NCBI GenBank assembly: GCA_963793425.1
Contig: CAWCAG010000009.1
Span: 384,001-448,000 of the forward strand
Source of the DNA: an uncultured cyanobacterium
GTDB lineage: Bacteria; Cyanobacteriota; Cyanobacteriia; Cyanobacteriales; CAWCAG01
Direction: 5' to 3'
DNA: 64,000 nucleotides
This document shows positions 18,611-28,702 of the stretch, piece by piece. The notes beneath the pieces were generated by a model. That model made no database searches. It was not told where the DNA came from and saw nothing but the letters and a program-made list of their open reading frames with translations. Position 1 is the first letter of the stretch, and every line of letters begins with the position of its first letter. Position numbers and translations under genes: made by a program.

Positions 18611-20944
18611 ATGACTGTTGATAAAGTACGCAAAGTTCGTAAATATCGTACCAAAAGACTTGTTGGCGCTAAACGGCGTAGAGTACCAGCTTGGGCAGTA
18701 AAGTGGGGAGTTGCTATGACCCTATTAACAACCGTAGGTATTATGGTTGGGGGGGCTTGGTTAAGTTTGATGCTGATTATTAATCCTGATTCTGTAGTTT
18801 GGCTAAATCGCTACTTACCAGAATGGACACGCATTCCCCTTGACGTTTCTAACCCTCCCCAAACCCTAGCAGAAATTAGGCTAGAAGCTAGGGAAGCAGA
18901 ATTACGCTTAGGAGAGGCTTTTAAGTTAGATTCAGAAGTACTTTTTCCTTTATGGCGTAAGCAAATTAATTGCCAGACTAATTGTGAGAAAATTGTTGAA
19001 TTGAGGGTTTATCAACCTATACAAGGAACGAAGCAAGAAGAACAACAATATCGCTTAGTTAGGGCATTAGATGTACCGAAAGTAGAAGAAATTGTGGCGA
19101 TCGCACCTTTGAGGGAACTAGAAAAAGAAGGTTTTGCCACAACTCGTTCCTTGCCTTTCCACAAGCTTAGTGAGTTACCGGATTCTCCTCCTTCAGGGGT
19201 TTGGCTTAACCTGAGTGGAGAATTTGTCAGGACTGATACGAAGCTCCTTTATGGTTATATTTTTCACTATAACCCCAACTCCATGCACCTTAGCCCCCTG
19301 ATGGAGTGGTCAACTACTACGGGCAAAATTCCCCAATGGCAAGAAGTGACAGGGGGAAGGGAAAGTACCCAGGAATTGCTAATTGATCAAAGCGTTGGTT
19401 TAGAACCAAAGTTTAAAGTCTTTCACCTTAAACCCCGAAACTTTGCCCCCGATCCCATCAGTTTAGAAGAAATTTCTTTGCGGGAACCAGCTATTGATCA
19501 ACCAGCATTGAAAAAAGAATATCAGCAGGTTTTTGCCTTAAGTAGCGATGGTTTATGGTCACCTGCTTTAAAAAGGTTCCAAACTTTAAAAGATAAAGCC
19601 ACCCCAGAAGAATGGAATCCCCAAGCCCAAGAACAATTGGATGTGATTGCTTTACACGCCAAAATCACTAAAGAACAGTGCGAAAAACCTTGGGCTAGTC
19701 CTAGCCAACAAATTTTAGCTTGCTTAATTGATGGCCGTTTAAAAGATTCTTTGGATTTGTTTCAAGTTTCCCTGAATGAAACCACTGCCCCAGAAATTAC
19801 TACTCTCCTCAAAACTGATTCAGGAAGACTCTGGAAGCGGGTACAAGCAGCCTTAGAGGTCAATCCTCAAGATTTTGAAGCGAAGGCTTGGGGGGCGCTA
19901 ATTTTGGCTAGTCAACAGGATAGAAAAAGGGCAATTTCTTGGCTAGAAGAGTTACCCCAAAATCAGCCAGAAACCTTAGCAAAAATTAAAATTATCCTTG
20001 ACCAATTAGATAATGTTGCTATCACTGTTGAGAATACCCCTATGGTTAGCTTAACAGCTAGCAGAATTATTGGTTTGGCTCAAAGGTTAGAAAGTATTAA
20101 CTCCCAAGCATGGCTGCCCTACCCTGATCCAGTACTTCTGCCTTTAGAAGGACAACAAACTTGGTATCAAATTCAAGTTTCTACCTTTAACAATGGTAGC
20201 GGTTGGCAAAAACCACCTTTCCCCAATCTGCAACCACCCCAAGGCAACTCAGGAAAGGAGTTGGCCAAGCAATTGGGTTTGGAGATAGATTCTCGTATTG
20301 AGATTGCTGCTTGGACTCAAGGAGGTCAAAGACAGTCTATCTTAGGAGCAATTAAAGCAGTGCAGTTTCAAGGAGGAGTGCTTAAATTGCTGGCGGTGGG
20401 AGACAATCTTGCTAACCTCAACCCAGGAACCATCAGTCCTAACCGTCGTCCCTTTGCCCATAGCGTCTCTGCTTTAAACTGGTTAGAACCTGGTTCTGTT
20501 AGTCTAGCGGATCTTAATCAAATGCAACCAGATTGGGTCGCTAAGCTGCTCCCTGCTATTTGGCGAGATTTGCAAGCTGGTGGTAAAGTTGCCTCTGGAG
20601 AAGTCCCCAAGGTGGCAGAGTTGCTATCCCAAATTGGTCATTGGTCTATTCGCCCCGTAGATTTGACCGGAAACGACCAACCAGAAGCCATTTTAACCTT
20701 ATACGAAGAAACTTCAGGAAATCTCGATAACTTACCAGGTTCAGGAGACACAGCTAAAAAGCCCCGTACCATGATTGTTTCAGACGCAGGGACGGTTATT
20801 TATAGCGAGTTTACTAAAAATCAAGGTAATTCTTGGCAGGCGATCGCTGATTTAGGAGAAAAAGGAAGTTCAGGGTTACTCGTTGATAGTGGTAAGGATT
20901 ATTTACTCAAACGTTGGTCTGCAAAAACTCAAGGGTTTGAGTAG
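18611..20944 (+). CDS. hypothetical membrane-anchored protein
   Basis: 777-aa ORF with a basic N-terminus and one TM helix; DLTGNDQPE loop near the C-terminus. Confidence 0.75.
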   Translation: MTVDKVRKVRKYRTKRLVGAKRRRVPAWAVKWGVAMTLLTTVGIMVGGAWLSLMLIINPDSVVWLNRYLPEWTRIPLDVSNPPQTLAEIRLEAREAELRLGEAFKLDSEVLFPLWRKQINCQTNCEKIVELRVYQPIQGTKQEEQQYRLVRALDVPKVEEIVAIAPLRELEKEGFATTRSLPFHKLSELPDSPPSGVWLNLSGEFVRTDTKLLYGYIFHYNPNSMHLSPLMEWSTTTGKIPQWQEVTGGRESTQELLIDQSVGLEPKFKVFHLKPRNFAPDPISLEEISLREPAIDQPALKKEYQQVFALSSDGLWSPALKRFQTLKDKATPEEWNPQAQEQLDVIALHAKITKEQCEKPWASPSQQILACLIDGRLKDSLDLFQVSLNETTAPEITTLLKTDSGRLWKRVQAALEVNPQDFEAKAWGALILASQQDRKRAISWLEELPQNQPETLAKIKIILDQLDNVAITVENTPMVSLTASRIIGLAQRLESINSQAWLPYPDPVLLPLEGQQTWYQIQVSTFNNGSGWQKPPFPNLQPPQGNSGKELAKQLGLEIDSRIEIAAWTQGGQRQSILGAIKAVQFQGGVLKLLAVGDNLANLNPGTISPNRRPFAHSVSALNWLEPGSVSLADLNQMQPDWVAKLLPAIWRDLQAGGKVASGEVPKVAELLSQIGHWSIRPVDLTGNDQPEAILTLYEETSGNLDNLPGSGDTAKKPRTMIVSDAGTVIYSEFTKNQGNSWQAIADLGEKGSSGLLVDSGKDYLLKRWSAKTQGFE

Positions 20945-20982
20945 AATTGAGACCCCGGAAAATATAATTAAGGAAAATAAGA

Positions 20983-21225
20983 TTGGCAACTAAACCACAA
21001 AATAAAAAAGTTATTGATTCTGATACAAAGTTCGCTTTATTAGTTTTTGGTATTCCCATTGCTGGTCTGATTTACTGTGGCTTAGGTATCACAGCGATGG
21101 TTTCTTTTCCTTTCCTGAGACAACACGCTCTAATTTCCGGCGGATTCTTTCTTTTTACTCCCTTTAGTATTGCTGCTTCAATTTGGATTAGGGCTTCGGC
21201 GAAAGCTTATAGAAAGACGGGGTGA
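20983..21225 (+). CDS. small two-TM hypothetical protein
   Basis: 80-aa ORF with two hydrophobic helices and an AAGGA RBS. Confidence 0.6.
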   Translation: MATKPQNKKVIDSDTKFALLVFGIPIAGLIYCGLGITAMVSFPFLRQHALISGGFFLFTPFSIAASIWIRASAKAYRKTG

Positions 21226-21245
21226 CATCTAAAGATATTAATGTC

Positions 21246-21355
21246 CTAGTAGTCTGTCAATTGCCAATTGACGGGTAAGGGGGAAGGGGGAAAGGGTAAG
21301 GGTAGTACACTTGATAGTTCGGCTATACCCAAATTCAATCTGGACAAACCACTAG
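21246..21355. mobile_element. 110-bp MITE-like element
   Basis: Ends CTAGTAGTCTGTCAA and TGGACAAACCACTAG are inverted repeats (12/15); G-rich heptamer-like core. Confidence 0.5.
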
Positions 21356-21438
21356 TCGTTAGGATTGAAACTCTGGAAAATGGGGAAATCATTTAAAATG
21401 ATGGCATTTCCACAGTTAGTAAAAAGTTGAGGCTCAAT

Positions 21439-21827
21439 ATGGACCCTATCACTACAGCAATTGTCGCTGCCCTAGCTGCTTTGAGTAAAGATGCGATTAA
21501 AGACGGTTACAATGCTCTTAAATCTACTTTGAAGAAAAAGTTTGGCTCAGAAAGTGATCTAGTTGATGCTGTTGAAAAATGGAAAAGAAGCCGGATTCCG
21601 AGGGTCGTAAGGCGATGGTACAGGAAGAAGTTGAAACAGCTAAGGCTAATGATGATACTGAAATTGTACGATTAGCTCAGGAATTGCTAGAGCAAATTAA
21701 AGAACAACCAGGCGGGCAACAAATCATCACCCAAAATATCAGTAACGTTAAATATGCTGCTACCTCTGGTTCCGGTAGTGCTAACATTAGCAACATTACT
21801 GAGCAGAGTAAATCTGAGGACGACTGA
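21439..21827 (+). pseudogene. Bell-like helical effector with C-terminal amyloid-like motif; 1-nt frameshift near 21580
   Basis: MDPITTAIVAALAA...KDGYNALKSTLKKKFG joins EKKPDSEGRK...AQELL...NVKYAATSGSGSANISNI if one base is restored at AAAT(T)GGAA. Confidence 0.7.
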
Positions 21828-21855
21828 GATTAGTTTAATTGCCAAAGTAGCTGAT

Positions 21856-22860
21856 ATGTCTGAGCAAGAGGAGATTAAGCAAAGGGTCACAGAGGCTGAG
21901 TATGCTGCCACCTCAGCTACTGGTGATGCCAATATCACCATTACTAATCGGTGGTAATTATCAGTAGATTATTTTTGACGGCTAAGGAACGACAGAAACA
22001 AGCTGAGCTGAGTGAAGCTGACTCTCTGGCTCGCTATTCACTGTCTTTGCTGAATGAAGAGAAGAATTTGGATACTTTCGTTGAAGTAATCAGGGCAGGA
22101 AAAATCCTGCAAAAATAGAAGAAGCAAGATCCGGAGGTGGTGAGCGCTCTAGCAGCACATATCTACCAACTTAGGGAACTCAACCGTTTAGAAGGACATA
22201 ATGACTTAGTTTAGTCTTGATAGCAAGCTACTCGTTTTCGGAAGTGGTGAAACCAAACGACTATGGATATAGGCCAGCGTAAGTTTCAGCCCAGATGGTG
22301 AAACCTTGGACACGCTACTGGTAGTGTGAGATGATACTATCAAACTCTGGAATGTCGAGACAGGAGAAGAAATTCGCACTCTCAAAGGACATACTAGCTG
22401 GGTCTGGAGCATAAGTTTCAGTCCAGATGGTCAGATATTGGCTACTGGTAGTCATGACAAGACTATCAAACTCTGGAATGTTGAGACGGGAGAGGAAATT
22501 CGCACTCTTGAAGGACATGATGCTTGGGTTTACAGTGTAAGTTTTAGTCCAGAGAGTGAAGCCTTGGCTACGGGTAGTAAAGACAATACCATCAAACTCT
22601 GGAATGTTGAGACGGGGGAAGAAATTCGTACTCTTAAAGGCCATGATGACTCAGTCTGGAGCATAAGTTTCAGCCAAGATGGTCAGACTTTGGCTACAGG
22701 AAGTCTTGACAATACCATCAAACTATGGGGAGGGAAAATAGGCTGGAGCTTGGATGAGATAATGGAGCGAAGTTGTGATCGCATCCGCAATTACTTAAAG
22801 TACAATCCCAACGTCAAAGAAGAAGATAAACGCTTGTGTGATGGTATTGGTAAAATTTGA
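21856..22860 (+). pseudogene. degraded NLR-like WD40 protein; NTPase region missing, with stops and frameshifts
   Basis: N-terminal peptide 21856-21957; linker ...IRAGKIL...IYQLRELNRLEGH; WD40 repeats LATGS.D.TIKLWNVETGEEIRTL.GH; C-terminal SCDRIRNYL..NP. Confidence 0.75.
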
Positions 22861-22895
22861 AAAAATACCTTAACTCTCGATTAACGAAGAGGTAA

Positions 22896-23132
22896 ATGAT
22901 GAATGCAAAACTTATGGTTCAGCCGTCATTTTTTATTAATGCTGGCATTCAAATGAAATTAGTCAGAGGGCTTTATCTTTTTAAGTTCAGTGATGGCTTA
23001 CAAGAGCGATTGGAAACTCTCAACGAGAAGAAAAGAGAACTAAGTTTGATACCCAGTGAAGAAGTAGAACTTACTGGAATTCTTGAGTTTAGATCGAATT
23101 TGCAGCCTTGTCAAGCCAAAATGTATTTATGA
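22896..23132 (+). pseudogene. small hypothetical gene upstream of the HNH remnant, frameshifted and partly duplicated
   Basis: LQERLETLNEKKRE..L.P.EEVEL; its 3' part is imperfectly repeated at about 23229-23345. Confidence 0.45.
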
Positions 23133-23318
23133 GTAGAGATAAGAATGACTACTGGGGCAAAGATTCAGTGGAGGTGGAGAATGACAAATATCGCTTGAGT
23201 AATTCACTAATAGAAGACAGGCACAGAAGTTTATACCCAGTGAAAAAGTAGAAGCTGCTGGATCAGATTGAATTTTCACCTTACTCAATGCCAAAATTAT
23301 TGCTGAGTCAAGATAAGA

Positions 23319-23480
23319 ATGGCTATTGGGAGAAAGATTCGACAGCAGGTTCGAGAAAGGGCTGAATATCTCTGTGAGTATTGTCACTCATCAGAAGAGG
23401 CCAGTGCTGCAAAATTTGAGATTGATCATATTCAACCACGTTCTAAAGCTCCACTGCTTGCCAATAACTTACCCTCATAA
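23319..23480 (+). pseudogene. truncated HNH endonuclease
   Basis: MAIGRKIRQQVRERAEYLCEYCHSSEE...FEIDHIQPRSK; similarity stops where the convergent PPTase gene ends. Confidence 0.75.
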
Positions 23481-24150
23481 CTTCTCCTCCGGCAGCCACT
23501 GCACCAAAATAATTTTCTCCCAACTGAATATCTTCTAGAAACCAACCAGGAATATTAATTAAGTTTGCTGGCTCTTCTGGTAGCAAAGAAACTTCTACTC
23601 GTTCTAAGCCTCCTCCTAAGCCTTCTCCTGTAGCTTTTAAATAAGCTTCTTTGCGAGTCCAAGCGCGAAAAAAAGCTTGTTTTTTTTCTCTGGGCGGTAA
23701 GCGATTTATAACATCCTGTTCCCTTGGGGAAAAGAAGCGTTGGGCAATTTGCTCTACAGGTTTAGTTTGATTAAATCCTTCTACATCAACTCCTACTGGA
23801 AAGTTCTTGGTTACCGCATAAAGAGCTAAATTTTGAGAATGAGAGAGATTAAAATGTATTTGCTCTCCTTTTAAATAAGGCTTACCACGCTTTCGATAGC
23901 TAAACTGTAACTGGCTAGGTTCAACTTCTAAATAAGCACCAAGGATTTTTCTTAACATTCCTCGACAAGCAATGAAGCAAAGACGATCTTTTTGAAAATA
24001 GAAACGTTCTGCCCGATGTTGTTCTTCTGGGCAAAGCAATTGAGCTAGTTCTTGTATTTTAAACGAAGGCTGAGTTAATGAGAAGCGCCAAATATCAAGA
24101 GTGCCGTCAGATAAGACTAGTTTCTCAGGAACAGGTTGCCAGTCAAGCAT
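23443..24150 (-). CDS. Sfp/HetI-type 4'-phosphopantetheinyl transferase
   Basis: GKP, FNLSHS, VGVDVE and WTRKEAYLKATGEG. Confidence 0.92.
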   Translation of the reverse strand: MLDWQPVPEKLVLSDGTLDIWRFSLTQPSFKIQELAQLLCPEEQHRAERFYFQKDRLCFIACRGMLRKILGAYLEVEPSQLQFSYRKRGKPYLKGEQIHFNLSHSQNLALYAVTKNFPVGVDVEGFNQTKPVEQIAQRFFSPREQDVINRLPPREKKQAFFRAWTRKEAYLKATGEGLGGGLERVEVSLLPEEPANLINIPGWFLEDIQLGENYFGAVAAGGEVMRVSYWQAVEL

Positions 24151-24509
24151 TTCGTCTCACTACAATTGGTAGTTAGCTATTAGCCACTAGCAACTAGCCA
24201 CTAGCCATTAGCCCACTAAATCAAAAAATATCTTGTCTCTACGGTTCTACATTAGTTAACTTAGGGGAGATTAGGGAAAAATAAATTAGAACTTGTTAAA
24301 AGTTAAGGGAGTTTGTTTTTTTGATGAAGATTAAATAAAGTGCAGCCAAGCAACAAAAGCCTGTGACACAATTATGGAGGAATATGTAGAGGTAGGTTCT
24401 AGTAAATCTATATTGTTATCTAAAATAATATAAATCACCCCTCCCCTACTTAAGGATACGAAGCCTCCTATAGCCAATCCACCGAAATTGACCTTTAATT
24501 CTTGGAGTC

Positions 24510-26354
24510 ATGAAGATGACGCAAAGCCCTACAAATTCAACAGTTAGGGAAGACCAACCGGCTACACTAGTAGAATTGTTACGTACTAGAGCAGCTCAAC
24601 AAAGCGACCAGCTTGCTTATACATTTTTGATAGATGGTAAAAGAGAGGGGGCTTGCGTAACCTATTCCCAACTCGATGCCCAAGCTAGGGCGATCGCCGC
24701 TTATTTGCAAAAGAATCAAGTTAAAGGAGAACGGGCCCTTCTTCTTTATCCCCAAGGTGTTGAGGTGATAGCAGCCTTCTGCGCCTGTCTCTATGCTGGG
24801 GTGATTGCTATCCCTGTCCCTCCCCCAGAATCTGGGCGGATGAAGCGGACTTTACCGAGATTGAGGTCAATTGTCAAAGATGCCCGCGCTTCTCTTGTTT
24901 TGACTACGGGCAGAATTTTGGAAACCATTGTTGATGTCCAGGAGGAGTTTCCTGAATTTGAGACAATGGAATGGATCGATACAGAAAAAATTGATCACCA
25001 ACTAGGGGAAAAATGGCAAGATCCTCAAATAGATCAAGAGGCGATCGCCTATCTTCAATATACTTCCGGTTCTACTTCCACTCCTAAAGGGGTAATGCTC
25101 ACCCACGGTAATTTGGTATTCCACTGCGGCAACCTACAAAAAGCCTGCGGTTATAACGATAGTAGCGTTACTGTGACTTGGATGCCCTATTTCCATGATT
25201 ATGGTTTAGTTGAAGGGTTGATGGTTCCTTTATTTAATGGAACTCCTTGTTACATCATGTCCCCCTTCGCCTTTGTTAAGCGTCCTTTACGGTGGTTACA
25301 AAGTATTAGTAAGTATCAAGCTACCCATAGCCAAGCCCCTAACTTCGCCTATGACCTTTCGGTACGCAAAATCAAACCCAAGCAATTAGAAACTTTGGAT
25401 TTGAGTTGTTGGGAAGCGGCTGGAAATGCGGCGGAACCCATTAACCCCAAGGTGATGGAGAAGTTTTATGAAACCTTCGCCTCAACTGGTTTTCGTTGGA
25501 ATGCCTTTGCCCCAGCCTATGGTTTAGCTGAAGCAACTTTGTTAGTTTCTACTAAGCCCAAATTAACTGAACCAGTAATTGGTTACTTTGATTCTCAAGC
25601 TTTGGAACGGGATAAAATTGTGACCGTTAGTCAGGATGGAGAAGGGGTAAGAACTATTGCTAGTTGTGGCCAGTTAGTGTGCGAAACTCAAGTAGCTATT
25701 GTTAATCCTGATAGCAAAAAGCGTTGCGACCCTGATGAGGTGGGAGAAATATGGGTTTCTGACAAGAGTGTTACCCAAGGTTATTGGGAACGCCCTGAAG
25801 CCACAGCAGAGAATTTTAATGCCTACATTGCTGATAGCCAAGAAGGGCCGTTTTTGAGGACGGGGGATTTAGGTTTTTTGCAAGAAGGGGAACTTTATAT
25901 TAACGGTCGGATTAAAGATTTGATTATTATCCACGGCACAAATCATTATCCCCAGGATATTGAGTGGACGGTACAACAACTACATCCCGAACTTCGCCCT
26001 GATTATGGTGTAGCTTTTTCCATTTTAGTGAGGGGAGAAGAAAAGTTAGTGGTTGTTCAAGAAATAGAACGTCGTGCCAAGGATATCGACCCTGAAGCCA
26101 TGTTACCGGAAATTAAGCAAGCGATCGCCGAGGAACATGAATTGCAAGTTCATGCTTTGGTGTTAGCAAAACCAGGCAACATTCTTAAAACCTCTAGCGG
26201 CAAGATTCAACGCCGCGCCTGCAAAGCGAGTTTCTTAGCCGGGGAACTGGGGGTGGTTGCTGATTGGAGTGAAAATCCGCAAATTACCGCAAAATTTCGT
26301 GACTTGGAAGGAGAAGTAGAATCTTTAGCAGCTAGTATAAAAACCAACAAATAA
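24510..26354 (+). CDS. fatty acyl-AMP ligase (FAAL)
   Basis: YLQYTSGSTSTPKGV, FHDYGL, YGLAEATL plus the FAAL-type insertion, RTGDLG, GTNHYPQDIE and KTSSGKIQR. Confidence 0.92.
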   Translation: MKMTQSPTNSTVREDQPATLVELLRTRAAQQSDQLAYTFLIDGKREGACVTYSQLDAQARAIAAYLQKNQVKGERALLLYPQGVEVIAAFCACLYAGVIAIPVPPPESGRMKRTLPRLRSIVKDARASLVLTTGRILETIVDVQEEFPEFETMEWIDTEKIDHQLGEKWQDPQIDQEAIAYLQYTSGSTSTPKGVMLTHGNLVFHCGNLQKACGYNDSSVTVTWMPYFHDYGLVEGLMVPLFNGTPCYIMSPFAFVKRPLRWLQSISKYQATHSQAPNFAYDLSVRKIKPKQLETLDLSCWEAAGNAAEPINPKVMEKFYETFASTGFRWNAFAPAYGLAEATLLVSTKPKLTEPVIGYFDSQALERDKIVTVSQDGEGVRTIASCGQLVCETQVAIVNPDSKKRCDPDEVGEIWVSDKSVTQGYWERPEATAENFNAYIADSQEGPFLRTGDLGFLQEGELYINGRIKDLIIIHGTNHYPQDIEWTVQQLHPELRPDYGVAFSILVRGEEKLVVVQEIERRAKDIDPEAMLPEIKQAIAEEHELQVHALVLAKPGNILKTSSGKIQRRACKASFLAGELGVVADWSENPQITAKFRDLEGEVESLAASIKTNK

Positions 26355-26388
26355 TACCAAGACAAAATTAACAAAAAAATGTCTCAAA

Positions 26389-26420
26389 CCCTACTCCCTA
26401 CTCCCTACTCCCTACTCCCT
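26389..26420. repeat. heptamer repeat (CCCTACT)x4
   Basis: Read directly; lies between the FAAL and ACAD genes. Confidence 0.9.
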
Positions 26421-26462
26421 GCCCTAACCAATCAACTCTGCAAACAAACACAAACTTAAAAT

Positions 26463-28271
26463 ATGCATCCCTTAAAACGATATTGGGTCGCAGAAACCTT
26501 AGAAAAAGACTTAGGCGCACCCACAAACCCCAACAGTAAAGTCTCTTGGCAACGTACCGCCGAGTTAGATGAAAAAGAAGAGTTCCCCCAGGCAGAAGTT
26601 GACTGGCTTTACAACTGGAAACTGCAACATTACTACATTCCCAGTGAATACGGTGGCGAATTTACTAACTTTGAAGAATTTGTTGCTTTTGTGAGAGTGC
26701 TTTCTCGCCGGGATCAAAATGTAGCGATCGCCTTTACTACTATGTTTTGGTCTTATTTATGTTGGATGGCAGGAACCCCAGAACAGAAAAAGAAATTGGC
26801 TAGTCTCATGAAAGATGAGAACGAAACCATGTGTCTGGCTTATTCGGAAAAAGAACATGGTAGCGACTTGGTAGGGGGAGAAACCACAGCCACAAAAGTT
26901 CCTGGAGGTTACTTACTTAACGGGGAAAAATGGCCTATTAACCGCGCCACCCGTTCCGGTACAACTTTTGTGATTGCCCAAACCGACCCAGAAGGGGGAA
27001 GCAGAAGCCTTTCTTTATTTATGGTGGATAAGCGGGAATTAGACAAGTCTCAATATTACAACCTGCCCAAAATCCCTTGTCATGGCATCAAGGCTGCGGA
27101 TATGAGTGGTATTGGTTTCACAGATTGTTTTATCCCGGAAAGTACCCTGTTAGGGGAAGAAGGGCAGGGTTTAGAATTGGGGCTGAAAGGTTTCCAAATT
27201 ACTCGTACCCTCTGTGCTGCTTTTTCTCAAGGGGCGGCTGATACCACAGTTCGTACTACCTTGAAACTTGCTTTAAATAGAATTGTTTACGGCAAAACGG
27301 TTTTTGACTTACCTTTGCCTCGCCGCATTTTAGTAAACGCTTTCTTAGATATATTAATCTGCGATTGCGAAGTAATTGCCTCAGCTAGGGGATTTAGCGT
27401 CGTCCCTCAACAATTTAGTGTTTGGGCTTCGGTGGTTAAATATTTCGTTCCCATCACCTTGGAAAATATGATCAACGGCCTCTCTTCGGTATTAGGGGCG
27501 CGTTTCTATTTCCGGGATGAACATGACTCTGGGGTTTTCCAAAAAATGCTCCGGGATAACTCTATTATTAGCATCTTTGATGGTAGTGGACTGGTTAACC
27601 TCCACGCCTTGATTTTGCAATTCCGTCAAGTTGCGAAACAGCGCAGTCGGCTTAATGAGAAGAAGAAAAAGGCCTTAGCATCCCGTCTGGAAACAATCTT
27701 TACCCTCAACCAAGAAGTTCCCCCCTTTGACGGTAGCAAGCTAGAAATTTTTGGCCGTGGTGCAGATGACCCCATGCAAGGTTTAGAATTATCCCTGGCT
27801 AAGTTAGAGAAGTGGCAAAATAATCCTGATGTTGACCAACAGGTACTTAAATATCTTTTGCAATTAACTAGCAAAGTAGGAGCAGAAGTTAATGATATGC
27901 ACGAAACTTTTGCTAACTCAAGCTTTGAGTTTGGTCATGACCAAACTCCAGAGTCTTTTGAATTAGCGAAAAAGTACTGTGCTTTGCACGCTGCTAGTTG
28001 CTGCATCCATATGTGGGTTTATAACCGCACCAACTTAGAAGTATTCTTTGCCCAAGGAGAATGGTTGGTTTTGGCTTTAAATAAGCTACTCAAGCCCTAT
28101 CATCCTAACGAAGAGTTGATTTTACCAGATTATGCGGAAAACCTTGCCCAAGAACTGGTTAAGCTTTATAACCAAGACAAGCTCTTTTCCATTGTTCCTT
28201 TCCAATTAGCACAAACCCAATCCCAGGAGAATAAAAAAGATGCAAGTTCAGAATTACAACTCCAAGCCTAG
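26463..28271 (+). CDS. acyl-CoA/acyl-ACP dehydrogenase family protein
   Basis: YSEKEHGSD, LNGEKWPIN and SIFDGS (Asp at the usual catalytic Glu position). Confidence 0.88.
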   Translation: MHPLKRYWVAETLEKDLGAPTNPNSKVSWQRTAELDEKEEFPQAEVDWLYNWKLQHYYIPSEYGGEFTNFEEFVAFVRVLSRRDQNVAIAFTTMFWSYLCWMAGTPEQKKKLASLMKDENETMCLAYSEKEHGSDLVGGETTATKVPGGYLLNGEKWPINRATRSGTTFVIAQTDPEGGSRSLSLFMVDKRELDKSQYYNLPKIPCHGIKAADMSGIGFTDCFIPESTLLGEEGQGLELGLKGFQITRTLCAAFSQGAADTTVRTTLKLALNRIVYGKTVFDLPLPRRILVNAFLDILICDCEVIASARGFSVVPQQFSVWASVVKYFVPITLENMINGLSSVLGARFYFRDEHDSGVFQKMLRDNSIISIFDGSGLVNLHALILQFRQVAKQRSRLNEKKKKALASRLETIFTLNQEVPPFDGSKLEIFGRGADDPMQGLELSLAKLEKWQNNPDVDQQVLKYLLQLTSKVGAEVNDMHETFANSSFEFGHDQTPESFELAKKYCALHAASCCIHMWVYNRTNLEVFFAQGEWLVLALNKLLKPYHPNEELILPDYAENLAQELVKLYNQDKLFSIVPFQLAQTQSQENKKDASSELQLQA

Positions 28272-28551
28272 CGAACAAGCTACTGAGGAAAATTCCCCTA
28301 CCCAGGCTATTCAAAGCTGGTTAGTGGCGCAATTAGCTGAGGAATTATCCTTAGATCCCAAATCGATTGAAGTTAGCGAACCTTTAACCCGTTATGGCTT
28401 AGATTCTATTGATGCTGTAACTTTGGTGGGTGATTTAGAAGATTGGTTAGATTTAGAGTTACCCTCAACCCTATTTTGGGATCACCCTACCATTGAAAAA
28501 TCTGCCCAATTTCTCGTTTCTGAGTTTGATGTGGCAGAAGCGTTGGAATAG
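28240..28551 (+). CDS. acyl carrier protein
   Basis: YGLDSIDAV phosphopantetheine site and WDHPTI; overlaps the 3' end of the ACAD gene. Confidence 0.92.
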   Translation: MQVQNYNSKPSEQATEENSPTQAIQSWLVAQLAEELSLDPKSIEVSEPLTRYGLDSIDAVTLVGDLEDWLDLELPSTLFWDHPTIEKSAQFLVSEFDVAEALE

Positions 28552-28571
28552 GTAATGGGTAATGGGGAATT

Positions 28572-28693
28572 AAGTAATAAGTAATAAGTAATAAGTAATA
28601 AGTTTAAGAAGTTACTGTTCCCTGTTCCCTGTTCCCTGTTCCCTGTAGCCTCTAACCACTAGCAATTAGCAACTAGCCATTAGCAATTAGCAT
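28572..28693. repeat. compound heptamer repeats AAGTAAT, CTGTTCC and TAGCAAT-like
   Basis: Read directly; lies between the ACP and MBOAT genes. Related arrays occur near 30845 and 32075-32155. Confidence 0.9.
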
Positions 28694-28702
28694 CAAAATA
28701 AA

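Noticed and set aside
22260..22740. 126-bp direct repeats as a non-coding array or diversity-generating template
   Set aside because: The period equals a 42-aa WD40 coding repeat, and no reverse transcriptase is present.
24510..28551. Olefin (Ols) or lipopeptide PKS/NRPS starter module
   Set aside because: No KS, AT, condensation or thioesterase domains nearby; the downstream genes are MBOAT and SGNH instead.
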